Notes: generated by a model from the letters alone, not told the origin. 64,000 bases of DNA from a virus (IMGVR_UViG_3300029288_000065:128001-192000), one strand, 5' to 3'; shown: positions 29,201-37,301, counted from the stretch's first letter. A program made the numbers and translations.

Positions 29201-29681
29201 CCTCTTCTCCTTCTGGGGTTTCTTCTTCTTTGTTGATTTCTGTTTCTTGGATTTTCTCCATTCCGATTGTAATTGCGGTTTGGAGTCCTTCGATAAATCC
29301 TACTGGATCTCCCCATCCCAGTCTTTGGAGTGTTTCTACGTCAAGTGTTTTTACGTCGCTTGATGGTAATCCCCGATTATCTTCGTCTTCTTCATCTATT
29401 GGGCTGTATATTTCTTCTGTGATCATATGGGGGTGTTTTTCTTTGATGTATTCATATACTATTCGTGCTTCTTGTTTAATTTCGTTGATTATTCCTTTGG
29501 GTCTGGCGCAACCGATGTGGACCAGTCCGATGCTTCTGAAGATGTGTCCCAGGTCTATTACTGATTCGCAGAGGGTACAAAAGTCTCTTTGGTATGCTAT
29601 TTCTTCCAGTACGCTGATTGGTAGACAGGAGTAATACTTTGGTTTGATTATCCAATTCTTCTTCCCTAATACAGTTGACAT
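23259..29681 (-). CDS. Giant protein (2140 aa) containing dispersed sigma70-like regions 2, 3.2 and 4
   Basis: LDDVREEARKLVFKALE, FVRYVLFTINKEL, LSLDQEIQG...LID, LTDRERNLLMLKFGL; GGAGG RBS. Confidence 0.65.
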   Translation of the reverse strand: MSTVLGKKNWIIKPKYYSCLPISVLEEIAYQRDFCTLCESVIDLGHIFRSIGLVHIGCARPKGIINEIKQEARIVYEYIKEKHPHMITEEIYSPIDEEDEDNRGLPSSDVKTLDVETLQRLGWGDPVGFIEGLQTAITIGMEKIQETEINKEEETPEGEEEEHPELAGMAETEEETEITANKEQMYTRLQRMLPAINTYLTTNNRDFTPPINRMVSTISDNILKVMMGYRVIPQAKTEKAATRKDISTTGAWVPAGRWADRFLRRDKDAEWSNGRLTIDGIVRRMDPTDEKQVPVLQSIANHIKTKVSEWASAAEQATHLETPTTQEIATYVADIKNALKKHNLTGLVAIYVDRAQQDVIEKRETLNNAKQTGSGIENAQKALTLSLEKLKKAEAQDLEALSPTDTLQIAASKVPPPGLQQPVYNIIEGDLQDETKKHLATMFARNALDSIKELYFRVEPEERARIMESGEYDEEDAEWTVKIIKEQAMDELLYRRDQGLSVSDEEIDEQTTERLIAYEIKFQKKPKIVYAPPSSDEEVESKLPENLRPWVSKVRRDILGIQPMNTQEKESLYENYNAIKNRIYFADFKAAKPKIIAACTQFRTEVEEGGKLAEKHTPISVEEFQWVNNDEQLATIKGLYYGEPLDLAVVRRNDIKISRTSSGDEAENEASFLLNLYGNRLTDEVKQRIYNSLFSRPISVEFPPGSGEITKIGFDPESVRNIQETYSDQEGNVIPFRKYIVKYTDLDGQEREREVFTGPSRNGNKTAEENAMNYARAKFGDIDNRLEVDAMETEETIDPIALLLKVVVKKSGGKSPFIPKRGVGGRKIWNTPGDYLWGIYLSDENGKIDFEAPIGLKRAEDGSIENDDTAPEKLFAFQTLRDAELALSLFGAQLGYRPRTRNPQDPSQTMEVSHGREQVEYETRSGRKLVISNYENPRSLRTLDRITDIMQSSDVVNPNDYKQKLDPSDPFSARAFSDDDSYQRWLDQKLQGTGWTVEQIFDTIGGLVDAAADRIYYKFQLYKKQQELDDVREEARKLVFKALENDKRRNTWFDPQSDRYYTDLDNDPQDPTKPDKDQLRDIVMRSVKLTPEEALEVAETAEFHPQQNVWVYQKGNGKPSYFKGEGENQKPSLDEITRVIRASLRGTAPEDEKYVTDQAKKVYDGLEFIEGSLYWTDDILENGRPTWWKDVTPMEVAKKLVSNKNFTTKKVEEKVNELREGPEGRRMERSNPGFVRYVLFTINKELSNRFMAGPSRRITAHPAGGTWDVLIVSAPVQAYVMWIYTFLNPQDGKLYSHDGIRLKETGKIPDKDIPKTVEDVLNGKHFTEGFGPIRVAGRGGKPYVIRNDYERSEGRSSSQEFRDKIRQVNKTIRQVLNGYADKVKDEEGRSQTLNSAKNVALLDLSSDWNMKRYLNKFVFVRPIPLSTTLSLDQEIQGAGDKREQLIDTQKSLSVPTPDTIAQIHDTVDMIMKIPSLTDRERNLLMLKFGLHDDQAKVGFFRDLLGTKKVFKYEWHDPVTGFKMPANKNLWRDPETGMSFEASPTFDPDDEYFRELIRPDFDELVEHARNIKERFDTEQITDPKIMKNALRGVQDDQGVRKFTDTEVDTMLKMIGSLRKGDDPMKLFDEIIDRLESVQPREPDPKNPNDPILIKLTDDVRRELLRRKASNSWQDKESNFAISLPEGMDPQQNPEDVRRLVHQNLMASLDTDLELYATRQKVAAIKRQSAKTGEAIDPQQISNAIMMFAGEITGRLAKVDTEEYKANIASQAQEIAKRLKLREVSTTPEKRKVGPAIDTERIKKVNGTISTIRTKLRNAEPGPEEAKLTRDLADQEKLLEQLKNSRNFYDSKTGKYYSSSDIADIQLDISKDVRYVKYYSKKYGVTFPDKDDERAILLSLKNSKKQIKALSEMSDEDLVAIANELSNANIGPLADDLEVKFQAHRVGDENINTYDNEEDFLLALRDEAGYISKNLTSAHFAADSGGRISENTAVSLIDRLKEPNQEMVDSTISRILDAGPDETMLTALKSLMVGGGKWKNTSFDKIWDLYQKETDPNVKKVLQRYVGPAKYHPEKGEEGEEEEVITPSPAPPHGYYGIEARPGAKVTIPTGKSASREQELKRQEKLRQLGLKPGPSGDFEEI

Positions 29682-29701
29682 GTTGGTCCTCCGATTTATC
29701 T

Positions 29702-29710
29702 ATATTTTTG
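29702..29710 (-). promoter_or_regulatory. Candidate late promoter CAAAAATAT
   Basis: About 20 nt upstream of ATG 29681. Confidence 0.6.
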
Positions 29711-29727
29711 CTTATTTTCGGAGGATA

Positions 29728-30345
29728 TTACTTTTTGGGCAATGTTGGGAGAGGTTTTTTGTTTACTGTATCTTTATCTCCCACCAATTTTTCTTGTCTG
29801 GGTATTGCTGCAAGTGGAATACCCAATTTCTTTAATGTATCGACACTACCAGCTCTTCGTCCTCGCTCTATTTTACTTAATTCTGCTGAGCTGATTCCTA
29901 CTTTGTCTGCTAATTCTTTTCTGGTTCCACCTTTTAGTTTCTTTTCTACTGCTTGTGATACTGCTTTGATGGTTGGTGTTTTTGCTTCACCTTCGAATAA
30001 TTCTTTGACTTTCTCTGCTGTTGGTTTTTCCAGGAATATGTTATTTGGGATTCGTTCAACTGCTTCTTGGACGATTTGGTATATTTCTTTTTCTGCTGGT
30101 ACTCCTCTGAAGTTAAAGATTTTGCGGACGAGGATATGGAGATCTTCGGCGGTTATTGCTGGTGGGATTATTTGTCTGCATTCACAGAGTTGAATATAGT
30201 TCTTTACTATTGCTAGAATATCTTCTGAAGTGAATGTATTTTTCAGTTCTTTTGATAATCTTTCCCAGAGTGGTCCTTTTAGTAATCCTCTGTAGAGGTC
30301 TATTTCGTCCAGGGCTACGGTTAGTTCTTGATCAAAGTTTCCCAT
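29728..30345 (-). CDS. XRE-family HTH protein
   Basis: TRKELADKVGISSAELSKIERGRR. Confidence 0.8.
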   Translation of the reverse strand: MGNFDQELTVALDEIDLYRGLLKGPLWERLSKELKNTFTSEDILAIVKNYIQLCECRQIIPPAITAEDLHILVRKIFNFRGVPAEKEIYQIVQEAVERIPNNIFLEKPTAEKVKELFEGEAKTPTIKAVSQAVEKKLKGGTRKELADKVGISSAELSKIERGRRAGSVDTLKKLGIPLAAIPRQEKLVGDKDTVNKKPLPTLPKK

Positions 30346-30349
30346 GCTC

Positions 30350-30727
30350 TTATTTTTGCTTTATAATTTTACGACAATATTTCATCATAGTTTTCTTCTC
30401 TTTGTCTCTGAGTTCTGTTATAAATGAGAAACCTTTTTGGAATGGTGTTACTGTTTTCTTGGTGAAATTCACGCACCAATGTGATAATCCTGATTGTACT
30501 TCGAAACATATATCATTCTTTGGATTATTGTAATCCCACCCATCCATCGTGTATACTTCGCAGTGTGCTTTTCTAATTCTGTTGTTTAGTCTCTCCCATA
30601 TTATCATATAGAAATTACCAATCATATTGTGCTCGTGTTCTCTTCGGTACGACATGATGGGGTTTACTTGTGGGAGTGGTGTTACAACTAATAACTTCTT
30701 CGCGACACTGGGGTAATTTAGTGCCAT
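30350..30727 (-). CDS. Hypothetical protein
   Basis: Operon spacing and RBS; N-terminus LLVVTPLP. Confidence 0.6.
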   Translation of the reverse strand: MALNYPSVAKKLLVVTPLPQVNPIMSYRREHEHNMIGNFYMIIWERLNNRIRKAHCEVYTMDGWDYNNPKNDICFEVQSGLSHWCVNFTKKTVTPFQKGFSFITELRDKEKKTMMKYCRKIIKQK

Positions 30728-31071
30728 GGTTCACCTTTGGAGTTATTTATAATATATTCTATAATAAATTGGCTTATATTTTCAAACATTTTAGGGTTAG
30801 CGATTTCAAAATATTTGCAGTCTGAATGTGTGGAATTATATTTTGTGAGTTTGGTAAACACATATAACATGTCTCTTTCCCATGAGAAATCTACATGCCA
30901 ATGGTATTTCCCTTTATAAATTACATTCCACCATACCCATTGAATTGGTATTGAAGATCTGACACAAAAGAATTCCGCTTCTTTCTCTATTTCGGTCATT
31001 GTCGTTTCAGCGATTTTTTCTACCAGATCTCTTTCTTTAAAATTATCCTTCATTGAGAACATTTTTCCCAT
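30718..31071 (-). CDS. DP-motif family protein
   Basis: YFEIANPKMFENISQFI. Confidence 0.65.
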   Translation of the reverse strand: MGKMFSMKDNFKERDLVEKIAETTMTEIEKEAEFFCVRSSIPIQWVWWNVIYKGKYHWHVDFSWERDMLYVFTKLTKYNSTHSDCKYFEIANPKMFENISQFIIEYIINNSKGEPWH

Positions 31072-32320
31072 CCTTTACTGTCGCCTGGAAGAACTTTTGT
31101 GCGGCTGTTTCAAGATGTTTATTTTGGTTCTTCCAGGCGGTCAGTTCATTGATTTCTTTATCGAGCATTTCCCTTTCTCTTGAAATGTCAACCAATCTCT
31201 GAGTATATCTGATGTAGGTGATAACTTCGTCGATTGTAGGCTGGATGGATTCTCCTGGCTCTGGATGGATGATTGACGGTTGTTGTTCTACTATTGGCGC
31301 AATCTTGACTTCCGGAGCCATCTTCTGTAGAACAGATCCAATCTTCTCTGTAGTTTCAGTTGCCTTTTGAAGGATTTGTGATGTTATTGGTATTCCTATT
31401 TCAATTAACCCTTCTTGGGTTAATGTGAAATGATCCCCTTTCTTTTCTAGGAATGGTTTCCATTTCACCGCTGTGTAAAGAGATCTAAATATACAAACAA
31501 CACCTCTTTTAGCAACATCCTTTGCATTATACTTGGTTTTTAACCAAGCAATCATATAATCATATGCTTCTTCCTTTTGTGCTGGTTTATCTCCAAATTT
31601 TGCAAAAAATGCTTCCAAAAATTCAATCCGTCTTTTAGGAAGTTTTGTATATGCAAGAAGTTCCAAATGTCCATCAGGATTTGGGATACCTGTAAAGACA
31701 TCGTTCTTGTCTGGATTTTCAGCGATACCGCTGGGAATGAAGCATTTATATGGTTCTTTTTTGTTGTCTGCAATTCCTACTCGGATGATCTTCCCGACTG
31801 GAAATTTATATAAGTCATTTCTGTCATAACTTTCCGATACTGACGGATCAGAGAGATCTACGAATCCTTTGTGTCTCTCATCGATTAGAATTTCCATTCC
31901 GTATCCTTTGTGTGCTATTACTTTGGCTGTTTTGAATTGGTTGACGGAAAATTCTGTTTCTTGTTGTGGTTCTTCAGTCGTGGTTTCTGCTTGTTCAACT
32001 TGGAGAAGGACATCAATGAAGGATTGCCCAAATGATTTCCCTTCGGGTGGCTTAATTGCTATTTCCCAACTGGAATCCTTATCAAATGGTTTGATGATAT
32101 AGACTGCATATTTCTCTTCTTTATTGAAGGACATGAACTTGATTTTGTCTACGTTTTCTCCTGAGAACTTGATGGCATATGCTTCCCAGGTTCCACCGTT
32201 TTGGAATGCTTTGTGTTTTCGGAAGAAGTAATTCTGGATGATTTGCTTCATTCTTCTAAAATAACGTGCTTTTATTCGTCTATCAGGAGAGAATTTTATG
32301 TTGAGACTCATGGTCATCAA
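31043..32320 (-). CDS. Hypothetical protein with S1/OB-like domain
   Basis: AKVIAHKGYGMEILID..HKGFV....VGKIIRV resembles an S1 domain. Confidence 0.6.
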   Translation of the reverse strand: MMTMSLNIKFSPDRRIKARYFRRMKQIIQNYFFRKHKAFQNGGTWEAYAIKFSGENVDKIKFMSFNKEEKYAVYIIKPFDKDSSWEIAIKPPEGKSFGQSFIDVLLQVEQAETTTEEPQQETEFSVNQFKTAKVIAHKGYGMEILIDERHKGFVDLSDPSVSESYDRNDLYKFPVGKIIRVGIADNKKEPYKCFIPSGIAENPDKNDVFTGIPNPDGHLELLAYTKLPKRRIEFLEAFFAKFGDKPAQKEEAYDYMIAWLKTKYNAKDVAKRGVVCIFRSLYTAVKWKPFLEKKGDHFTLTQEGLIEIGIPITSQILQKATETTEKIGSVLQKMAPEVKIAPIVEQQPSIIHPEPGESIQPTIDEVITYIRYTQRLVDISREREMLDKEINELTAWKNQNKHLETAAQKFFQATVKDGKNVLNEG

Positions 32321-32721
32321 CCCCTTTTGACCTTACTGTACTTTGCCAGGATCCCCTGAACCTCTGTGAGAGAGATTTGGATATTGACGATATGTGTTTG
32401 GATTTTGTTTATATCGTCAATATCCATTTGTACCTTGGCTCCCCCCAACTTGAACTCACATTTTGAATCTTTTATATCTCCTTTTCTGGAGATCTGTCCA
32501 CGTGCTTCCAGTATCCTAAGGTGTTTTAGAACTTCCCACCTAACGCCAAGATCAATTTGGTCTTCTAATGGTCTGTTACGTCCTTTCGGTGCTTTCTTAA
32601 TATAGAGTTGTGAGGCTATTTCTGGTGTAGTACTTTTTCTGGCGCAGGATAATATTTCCCCGATCCCATGCCATGCACCATCTTTTAGAAAATCAAGAAC
32701 TACTGCTCTTATTTCTATCAT
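32317..32721 (-). CDS. Winged-helix-like protein
   Basis: VLDFLKDGAWH..EI ... LRILEARGQISR. Confidence 0.55.
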   Translation of the reverse strand: MIEIRAVVLDFLKDGAWHGIGEILSCARKSTTPEIASQLYIKKAPKGRNRPLEDQIDLGVRWEVLKHLRILEARGQISRKGDIKDSKCEFKLGGAKVQMDIDDINKIQTHIVNIQISLTEVQGILAKYSKVKRG

Positions 32722-32722
32722 G

Positions 32723-33694
32723 TTAACTTCCTTTCTTGAGTTCTCTCAGCATGTTGATAATCTCGTTGGTCCCGGCTTTGAGTTTTTTCCGAGTCTTTTG
32801 GTCATTTGTTATTGCATCAATTGTCGGAAAAGCGTTCCCATCGTTCCCATTCAAGAGGGAATTCTTTATCCTGGTAAGTGTGTTGAATAGATTGGTTTCT
32901 GGTTTGTTTTTCTTACCAGTCTTTACGTTTTGGAGTTTCTTTCTCCATTCATCAATCACACATAATCGTTCCTTTTCCGTTCCTTTATTCTTTACATTTT
33001 TGACCAGTTCCGAGACTTCCGATCCAGTAAGTTTAAATTGCGTAATTAGATGGCCAACCGACTTTAGGACATTATCCAAGTCGGATATTGGGGATAGAGA
33101 CGCCAGGGTGGATGTACACATAATCTTCTTGTCTTTTACCTCTACTCCAAGACAGGAAAGTCTCTCTTGAATGGAATATGCCGAACAGTGTAGTCTGATG
33201 ACATCATAATATTCAGGTCGACCTGGGAAAAATATTGCAGCTAGATCTGTCATACTTCGTTGGATTGCACCTGGAACAGATTTCCACTTAAAATAGAGAC
33301 TTACTGCATGTTGAGTTTTCTCTTCATCGGTATTATTTTCACCATGTCTGGTGTTATCGACTCGGATAAATTCGTCGATTTGTTGCGGTGTGGGATTTAG
33401 AGCAACGTATGCATCAACCACCTGCAATCCTGCTTTTATAGCAGCGTCGATTCTATGGTTTCCGCCCATGATTTCTGCGGCTTCGGTGATGACGATAGCT
33501 GGGAATGTCGTTCCTTCTCTCATCTTTTGGGCCATATCAGCACTTCGGGTGATTTTGATTGGTTCATAGAATCTGGCGTTATTTTTCTTTGATTCTTCGA
33601 CCTTTAGGCCTGAAATTTTGATATTGGGGACGTACTTAAATTTGATGTTAAGCTTGTTCAGGATTTGTTCGGCTTCAAGATCTTTGTGCCACAT
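32723..33694 (-). CDS. ParB/Srx-like domain protein
   Basis: FPAIVI...IMGGNHRIDAA and DNTRHG; AAGGAG before MWHK. Confidence 0.75.
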   Translation of the reverse strand: MWHKDLEAEQILNKLNIKFKYVPNIKISGLKVEESKKNNARFYEPIKITRSADMAQKMREGTTFPAIVITEAAEIMGGNHRIDAAIKAGLQVVDAYVALNPTPQQIDEFIRVDNTRHGENNTDEEKTQHAVSLYFKWKSVPGAIQRSMTDLAAIFFPGRPEYYDVIRLHCSAYSIQERLSCLGVEVKDKKIMCTSTLASLSPISDLDNVLKSVGHLITQFKLTGSEVSELVKNVKNKGTEKERLCVIDEWRKKLQNVKTGKKNKPETNLFNTLTRIKNSLLNGNDGNAFPTIDAITNDQKTRKKLKAGTNEIINMLRELKKGS

Positions 33695-33745
33695 GTTCTC
33701 TCTCCTTGTGCCTGTGCGCGGGTTGCGCTGGCGAACAATTAATTT

Positions 33746-33770
33746 GTATCGAGGGTGGAAGGAGCTGCAA
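33746..33770 (-). promoter_or_regulatory. Candidate promoter TTGCAG-N14-GATAC
   Basis: Intergenic, upstream of the ParB-like gene; same architecture as the sites at 42161 and 44278. Confidence 0.5.
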
Positions 33771-33771
33771 T

Positions 33772-34125
33772 CTAGCGATACCACCACCGTTTTTGTCTTA
33801 GACGTCTTAATAAAACATCACGAGATTCACACGTTGGAAATTTGTTTCTTTTTGTGAATGGGATCCCTGATACTGTGTCAAAATACCATTTTTCCAGTTC
33901 ATTGCAAAAATCATACCATTCTGGCCATTTTTCAATTGGTGTACCAATAATTTTATCCTTTAAATCGCTGAGAGGTGTAATATTCATTTCTAACATCATA
34001 TGATATGAATTTATTATCTCTTTTGCAAATTTTTCTACTTGATTTTTGGGTACAGGTGATTTTGGTAAGAACCTACCAACTATTTTGATCAAAAAATCAC
34101 CAATCTTGATCAAAAAATCACTCAT
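33772..34125 (-). CDS. Hypothetical protein
   Basis: AAGGAG RBS; N-terminal DFLIKI tandem duplication. Confidence 0.6.
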   Translation of the reverse strand: MSDFLIKIGDFLIKIVGRFLPKSPVPKNQVEKFAKEIINSYHMMLEMNITPLSDLKDKIIGTPIEKWPEWYDFCNELEKWYFDTVSGIPFTKRNKFPTCESRDVLLRRLRQKRWWYR

Positions 34126-34135
34126 CTATTTCTCC

Positions 34136-34729
34136 TTAGATGTCAGTTTCCTTAATGCAAGGATCGTTCAACAACAACATCTTCAACACAAACGCATGAC
34201 CCATCTTCTTCGCAGGATCATTCAACACCTGCGACAACGACTTACCCTTGTGATCATACCCATCATAATCCCTCAAAATCAAATCAGTACCACCAGAATG
34301 CAACTGCCACAACTTCTTAAAAGCAGCAGTTTTAACCACAGCATGAGCATACAAAGGAGCATAAATCCTCTTCCTAGCCTCAATATAACCCAAATTCTTC
34401 CCATCCCAAAAACTATACAAAGGCTTAGCACCCTTACCCATAGGATACCTATGAGCAGTCTTATCAGACCACCCCTTCAAAGCCCATTGCCAATATGCCG
34501 TAGACGGAAGAAAACTCCCATCAACATGACTAGTATAGGTATGCTGCTTATAAACCTTCGCAAACTGCCACCCATTCTCAATATTAAACGCAACATAAGA
34601 AGCATACAAAGGACAAGGACCAAGAAGAAAAGGACTCAATTCCTTCCACTCACCAGAATGACTAGTAGTATCAACAACCTGCCCATTCATCCCCTTGAGC
34701 TTCTGGTAGAAACTAACAATCGTAATCAT
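34136..34729 (-). CDS. DUF6939-like (NADAR-related) protein
   Basis: ELSPFLLGP, NIENGWQFAKVY, LGYIEARKRIYAPLY, LRDYDG, MGHA. Confidence 0.65.
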   Translation of the reverse strand: MITIVSFYQKLKGMNGQVVDTTSHSGEWKELSPFLLGPCPLYASYVAFNIENGWQFAKVYKQHTYTSHVDGSFLPSTAYWQWALKGWSDKTAHRYPMGKGAKPLYSFWDGKNLGYIEARKRIYAPLYAHAVVKTAAFKKLWQLHSGGTDLILRDYDGYDHKGKSLSQVLNDPAKKMGHAFVLKMLLLNDPCIKETDI

Positions 34730-34731
34730 GA

Positions 34732-35028
34732 TTACAATCCTTTCAAAGCTTTGATTACATCGTCCAGGATCTTCTTATTCTCGGTAATATTTCTCCGAAC
34801 CTCTGCAAAAAGGTTGTGTGCCTGTGGATGACACTTAAATTCATCAATAATTCTACCCTTGTAAGTAAAGATCGTCAACGTTGGACATTCACCTTCCACC
34901 AAATCAAGACGATATTCCAAGACAGTAGCCATATATACTACTGGTTTTTCACTTACCTGGTCCCAATGAAGACCACCAATGGTTGTCTTCAGAATAAGAA
35001 TTTCAAAAAAGGAGTCTATTTTATCCAT
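34732..35028 (-). CDS. Hypothetical protein
   Basis: Tight operon spacing. Confidence 0.6.
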   Translation of the reverse strand: MDKIDSFFEILILKTTIGGLHWDQVSEKPVVYMATVLEYRLDLVEGECPTLTIFTYKGRIIDEFKCHPQAHNLFAEVRRNITENKKILDDVIKALKGL

Positions 35029-35031
35029 TTC

Positions 35032-35430
35032 CTATTCCTTGAAGAGAGGTTTTCGTCCTTCTCTGATGGCTGCTGCTTCAAACATGTCTACATCATCCAT
35101 AATCGAATCCAACAAAACTGCTTCATCGGCGGACACACTCTTTTTCAGATTTTGGAGTAACAACACCTTGTCATATTGTCGGTGCATAGTGTTTTTAATT
35201 TTCTTTGCACGTTCCTCTTCCGAACGCTTACGCTCATCCTTGTAAGTACTATCGTCAAGAACAATCTTTCCACCGCAGTGAGAACAATACTCACCAACCG
35301 CAATGGGTAGAGGGGCAAATGACATTCCAACCTCTTCTGGGGCATCGTACCGGATCTTTTTGCCACATGCCGTCTCCCAATCGTCCCCGTAAGGATCAGA
35401 ACTCTTTTTAGTGTAGACGCATTTCTTCAT
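35032..35430 (-). CDS. Zinc-ribbon hypothetical protein
   Basis: WETACG...YCSHCGGKI. Confidence 0.65.
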   Translation of the reverse strand: MKKCVYTKKSSDPYGDDWETACGKKIRYDAPEEVGMSFAPLPIAVGEYCSHCGGKIVLDDSTYKDERKRSEEERAKKIKNTMHRQYDKVLLLQNLKKSVSADEAVLLDSIMDDVDMFEAAAIREGRKPLFKE

Positions 35431-36557
35431 TATGAATTCCTATCCTTTGGCTCAAGCCACTCAATTCCCAGAACATCCAAAATCTCACGCTCCGTAGACT
35501 GAGCAATCACCCTCCCATCACGCAAATCCTCCAACCCATACCTCGTCAACTTCATACCAAGATGCTTCGCCCTCGCCCTACACCTAATGTTGAACTCAGC
35601 ACTCCCAGTAAAAAACAACAAACCAGAACCATAACACTTCTTCGGAACAATCCTCAAATCAATCTGAACACCATCCCTGGCAACAGCCAAAGCCCTCTCA
35701 CTAAGATTCAAATCTGCACCAAGATTCTTACAGAACTTAGCATACTCTCCATCCCCATCATCCCCAGCAATAAGAATATCAATATCCTTGGGATTCTTAC
35801 CCCTTCTTAGGGAGCCGGCAACCTGAACAATAGCATCAGGGAACTTGGCAGAAATAGCACTTACTATCTTATTCGCAATCTCCATAGCATCTTCATGAGG
35901 ATATCTCTTTTTCAACTTGGTTTCCGCCAACTCTTCCAAAAGTTTTGTAGTACCAGTTGTCCTAAGATCATTGATAGTCCTACAAAGAGCAGCTCCCAGA
36001 CCTGGCAATTGCTTTAATTGCTCTTCCGTCAGTTGTTCAAAATTCCTTGCTCTTTGTATAATTCCTGCAGCAGATTTGTAGGATCTAACTCTAAATTCAT
36101 TATCCTCTCCTGAGGATTGCAATCGTTCTGCAATTTCTTGCAGCTTCCCTACAATCTCTGTCTTGGTTAGGATACTTGGGATAGTTTCTGTTCCTGTGAT
36201 TTCGATCTGGCTACTGAGGTACCATTTGGTTCCATCATCACGAACGAGACACCAGGACCCTTTGAGTTTTCCTTCATTGATGTGGAATCGTACCAGGTCT
36301 GGTGTCCGTTCGTCCAGGGTCAATTGGCCTTTTTCCCAGATTTCTACTGTTCCGGCACCGTAACCAGAGGGAATTGTTCCTTCCCAGTCCATATAGGATA
36401 TTTCGTGGTCTTGGACTTGGATTGCGATGCGGATTTTGTCCTTGGAGAATCCTTTTGGGACTGCCCAGGATGGTGCTACTCCGTTTTCTTCAAACCTGAA
36501 GTCGAAATGAAGTCCCGCTCTCAGCGCCTGATGTTTCTGGACTACGAATTTTACCAT
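35430..36557 (-). CDS. LigD-type 3'-phosphoesterase fused to family X DNA polymerase
   Basis: PE domain: VVQKH..R..HFDFR, SWAVPKG, QVQDH...Y, YGAG. PolX: GSLRRG..KDID, QIDLR, FTGS..FN. GGAGG before ATG 36557. Confidence 0.9.
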   Translation of the reverse strand: MVKFVVQKHQALRAGLHFDFRFEENGVAPSWAVPKGFSKDKIRIAIQVQDHEISYMDWEGTIPSGYGAGTVEIWEKGQLTLDERTPDLVRFHINEGKLKGSWCLVRDDGTKWYLSSQIEITGTETIPSILTKTEIVGKLQEIAERLQSSGEDNEFRVRSYKSAAGIIQRARNFEQLTEEQLKQLPGLGAALCRTINDLRTTGTTKLLEELAETKLKKRYPHEDAMEIANKIVSAISAKFPDAIVQVAGSLRRGKNPKDIDILIAGDDGDGEYAKFCKNLGADLNLSERALAVARDGVQIDLRIVPKKCYGSGLLFFTGSAEFNIRCRARAKHLGMKLTRYGLEDLRDGRVIAQSTEREILDVLGIEWLEPKDRNS

Positions 36558-36990
36558 TGTTGTAGTCCTCCCAGATCGGTTCCAATTCCTCACGAACAGA
36601 GTCCCTAAATTCGACATATTTCTTACCTGATAGTTCTTTGATGCGTGGGAGGAAGATTTCGTTGTAGAACTGTTCACCCATTCGACGGACGATATCCTTA
36701 TCATACATTTCGTCCGTTTGTTCCACTCCACTTAGATTCTTCCAGTAGGATTCAGATTGTTCTGGTACACCATCAAATAGTGGTGTATCTCCTGACTTAC
36801 AAGCACAGTGTTTGGCGGCATTTACTTTCTTGTTGTCGAGAGCGCCACCACCGACTTTGACCCTCTTCCCACCAGCTACGTGTTTGGCTAGCCAGATTGC
36901 TTCTCCTTTGGATTTGTCGTCTGGCATTCCTTTCTTGAGGTTGTTGACGTAGTTGTAGACTGCGAATACGTCAAATCGTCGTAGCATCAT
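36490..36990 (-). CDS. Conserved hypothetical protein
   Basis: AGGAG RBS; RRFDVFAVYNY, IVRRMGEQFY, YVEFRDSVR. Confidence 0.7.
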   Translation of the reverse strand: MMLRRFDVFAVYNYVNNLKKGMPDDKSKGEAIWLAKHVAGGKRVKVGGGALDNKKVNAAKHCACKSGDTPLFDGVPEQSESYWKNLSGVEQTDEMYDKDIVRRMGEQFYNEIFLPRIKELSGKKYVEFRDSVREELEPIWEDYNNGKIRSPETSGAESGTSFRLQV

Positions 36991-37286
36991 GGTTTTTCTC
37001 CTTTGTAGGCGCGGAGTAGGTTTTGGCATTTTACCTGGAATAGGTCATCGACGTCTGATAGAAACTGACTATGATCTCTCTGGAGTTGGTCTAATTTCCT
37101 TTGGAGTTGTTTCCCTTGTCTTAGACCAAGTGTACAGATTATATCTTTAGGCTGGAGTAATTCAAATAAATTTGGACGGTAATATCTGTCTTTTATACAA
37201 TAACTGGTATTGTATTTGGTTGCCTCTTTTACTTGGACGAATGGGTATTGTGGATGAGAGATCACAATTGTTATTTTCTTTCTCAT
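36987..37286 (-). CDS. Hypothetical protein
   Basis: GAGGAG RBS; ATGA overlap. Confidence 0.6.
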   Translation of the reverse strand: MRKKITIVISHPQYPFVQVKEATKYNTSYCIKDRYYRPNLFELLQPKDIICTLGLRQGKQLQRKLDQLQRDHSQFLSDVDDLFQVKCQNLLRAYKGEKP

Positions 37287-37301
37287 GATCTTTCTCCTCT
37301 C

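Noticed and set aside
28663-29634. 323-aa + strand ORF
   Set aside because: Antisense shadow of the 2140-aa gene; Ser-rich, and explained by the local codon skew removing stops.
31840-31870. FVDLSDPS in the S1-like protein as a DP-family member
   Set aside because: Falls at the usual S1 G.vh.sel position with no following amphipathic helix; likely coincidental.
34085-34121. Short tandem duplications (also ~2900-2927 and the PEAPPEE repeats at ~13113-13170)
   Set aside because: Two-copy in-frame slippage duplications, not an array or CRISPR.
34046-34831. 261-aa + strand ORF
   Set aside because: Antisense to the DUF6939-like gene; its I/L/T/Q/P-biased composition results from the A/C-rich block.
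36558-36731. Upstream extensions in the ORF track for PE-PolX and several other genes (e.g. 8467, 33787, 39772, 47072, 58810, 61048)
   Set aside because: They overlap neighbouring genes or promoters; downstream ATGs with a good SD or a better domain start are preferred.
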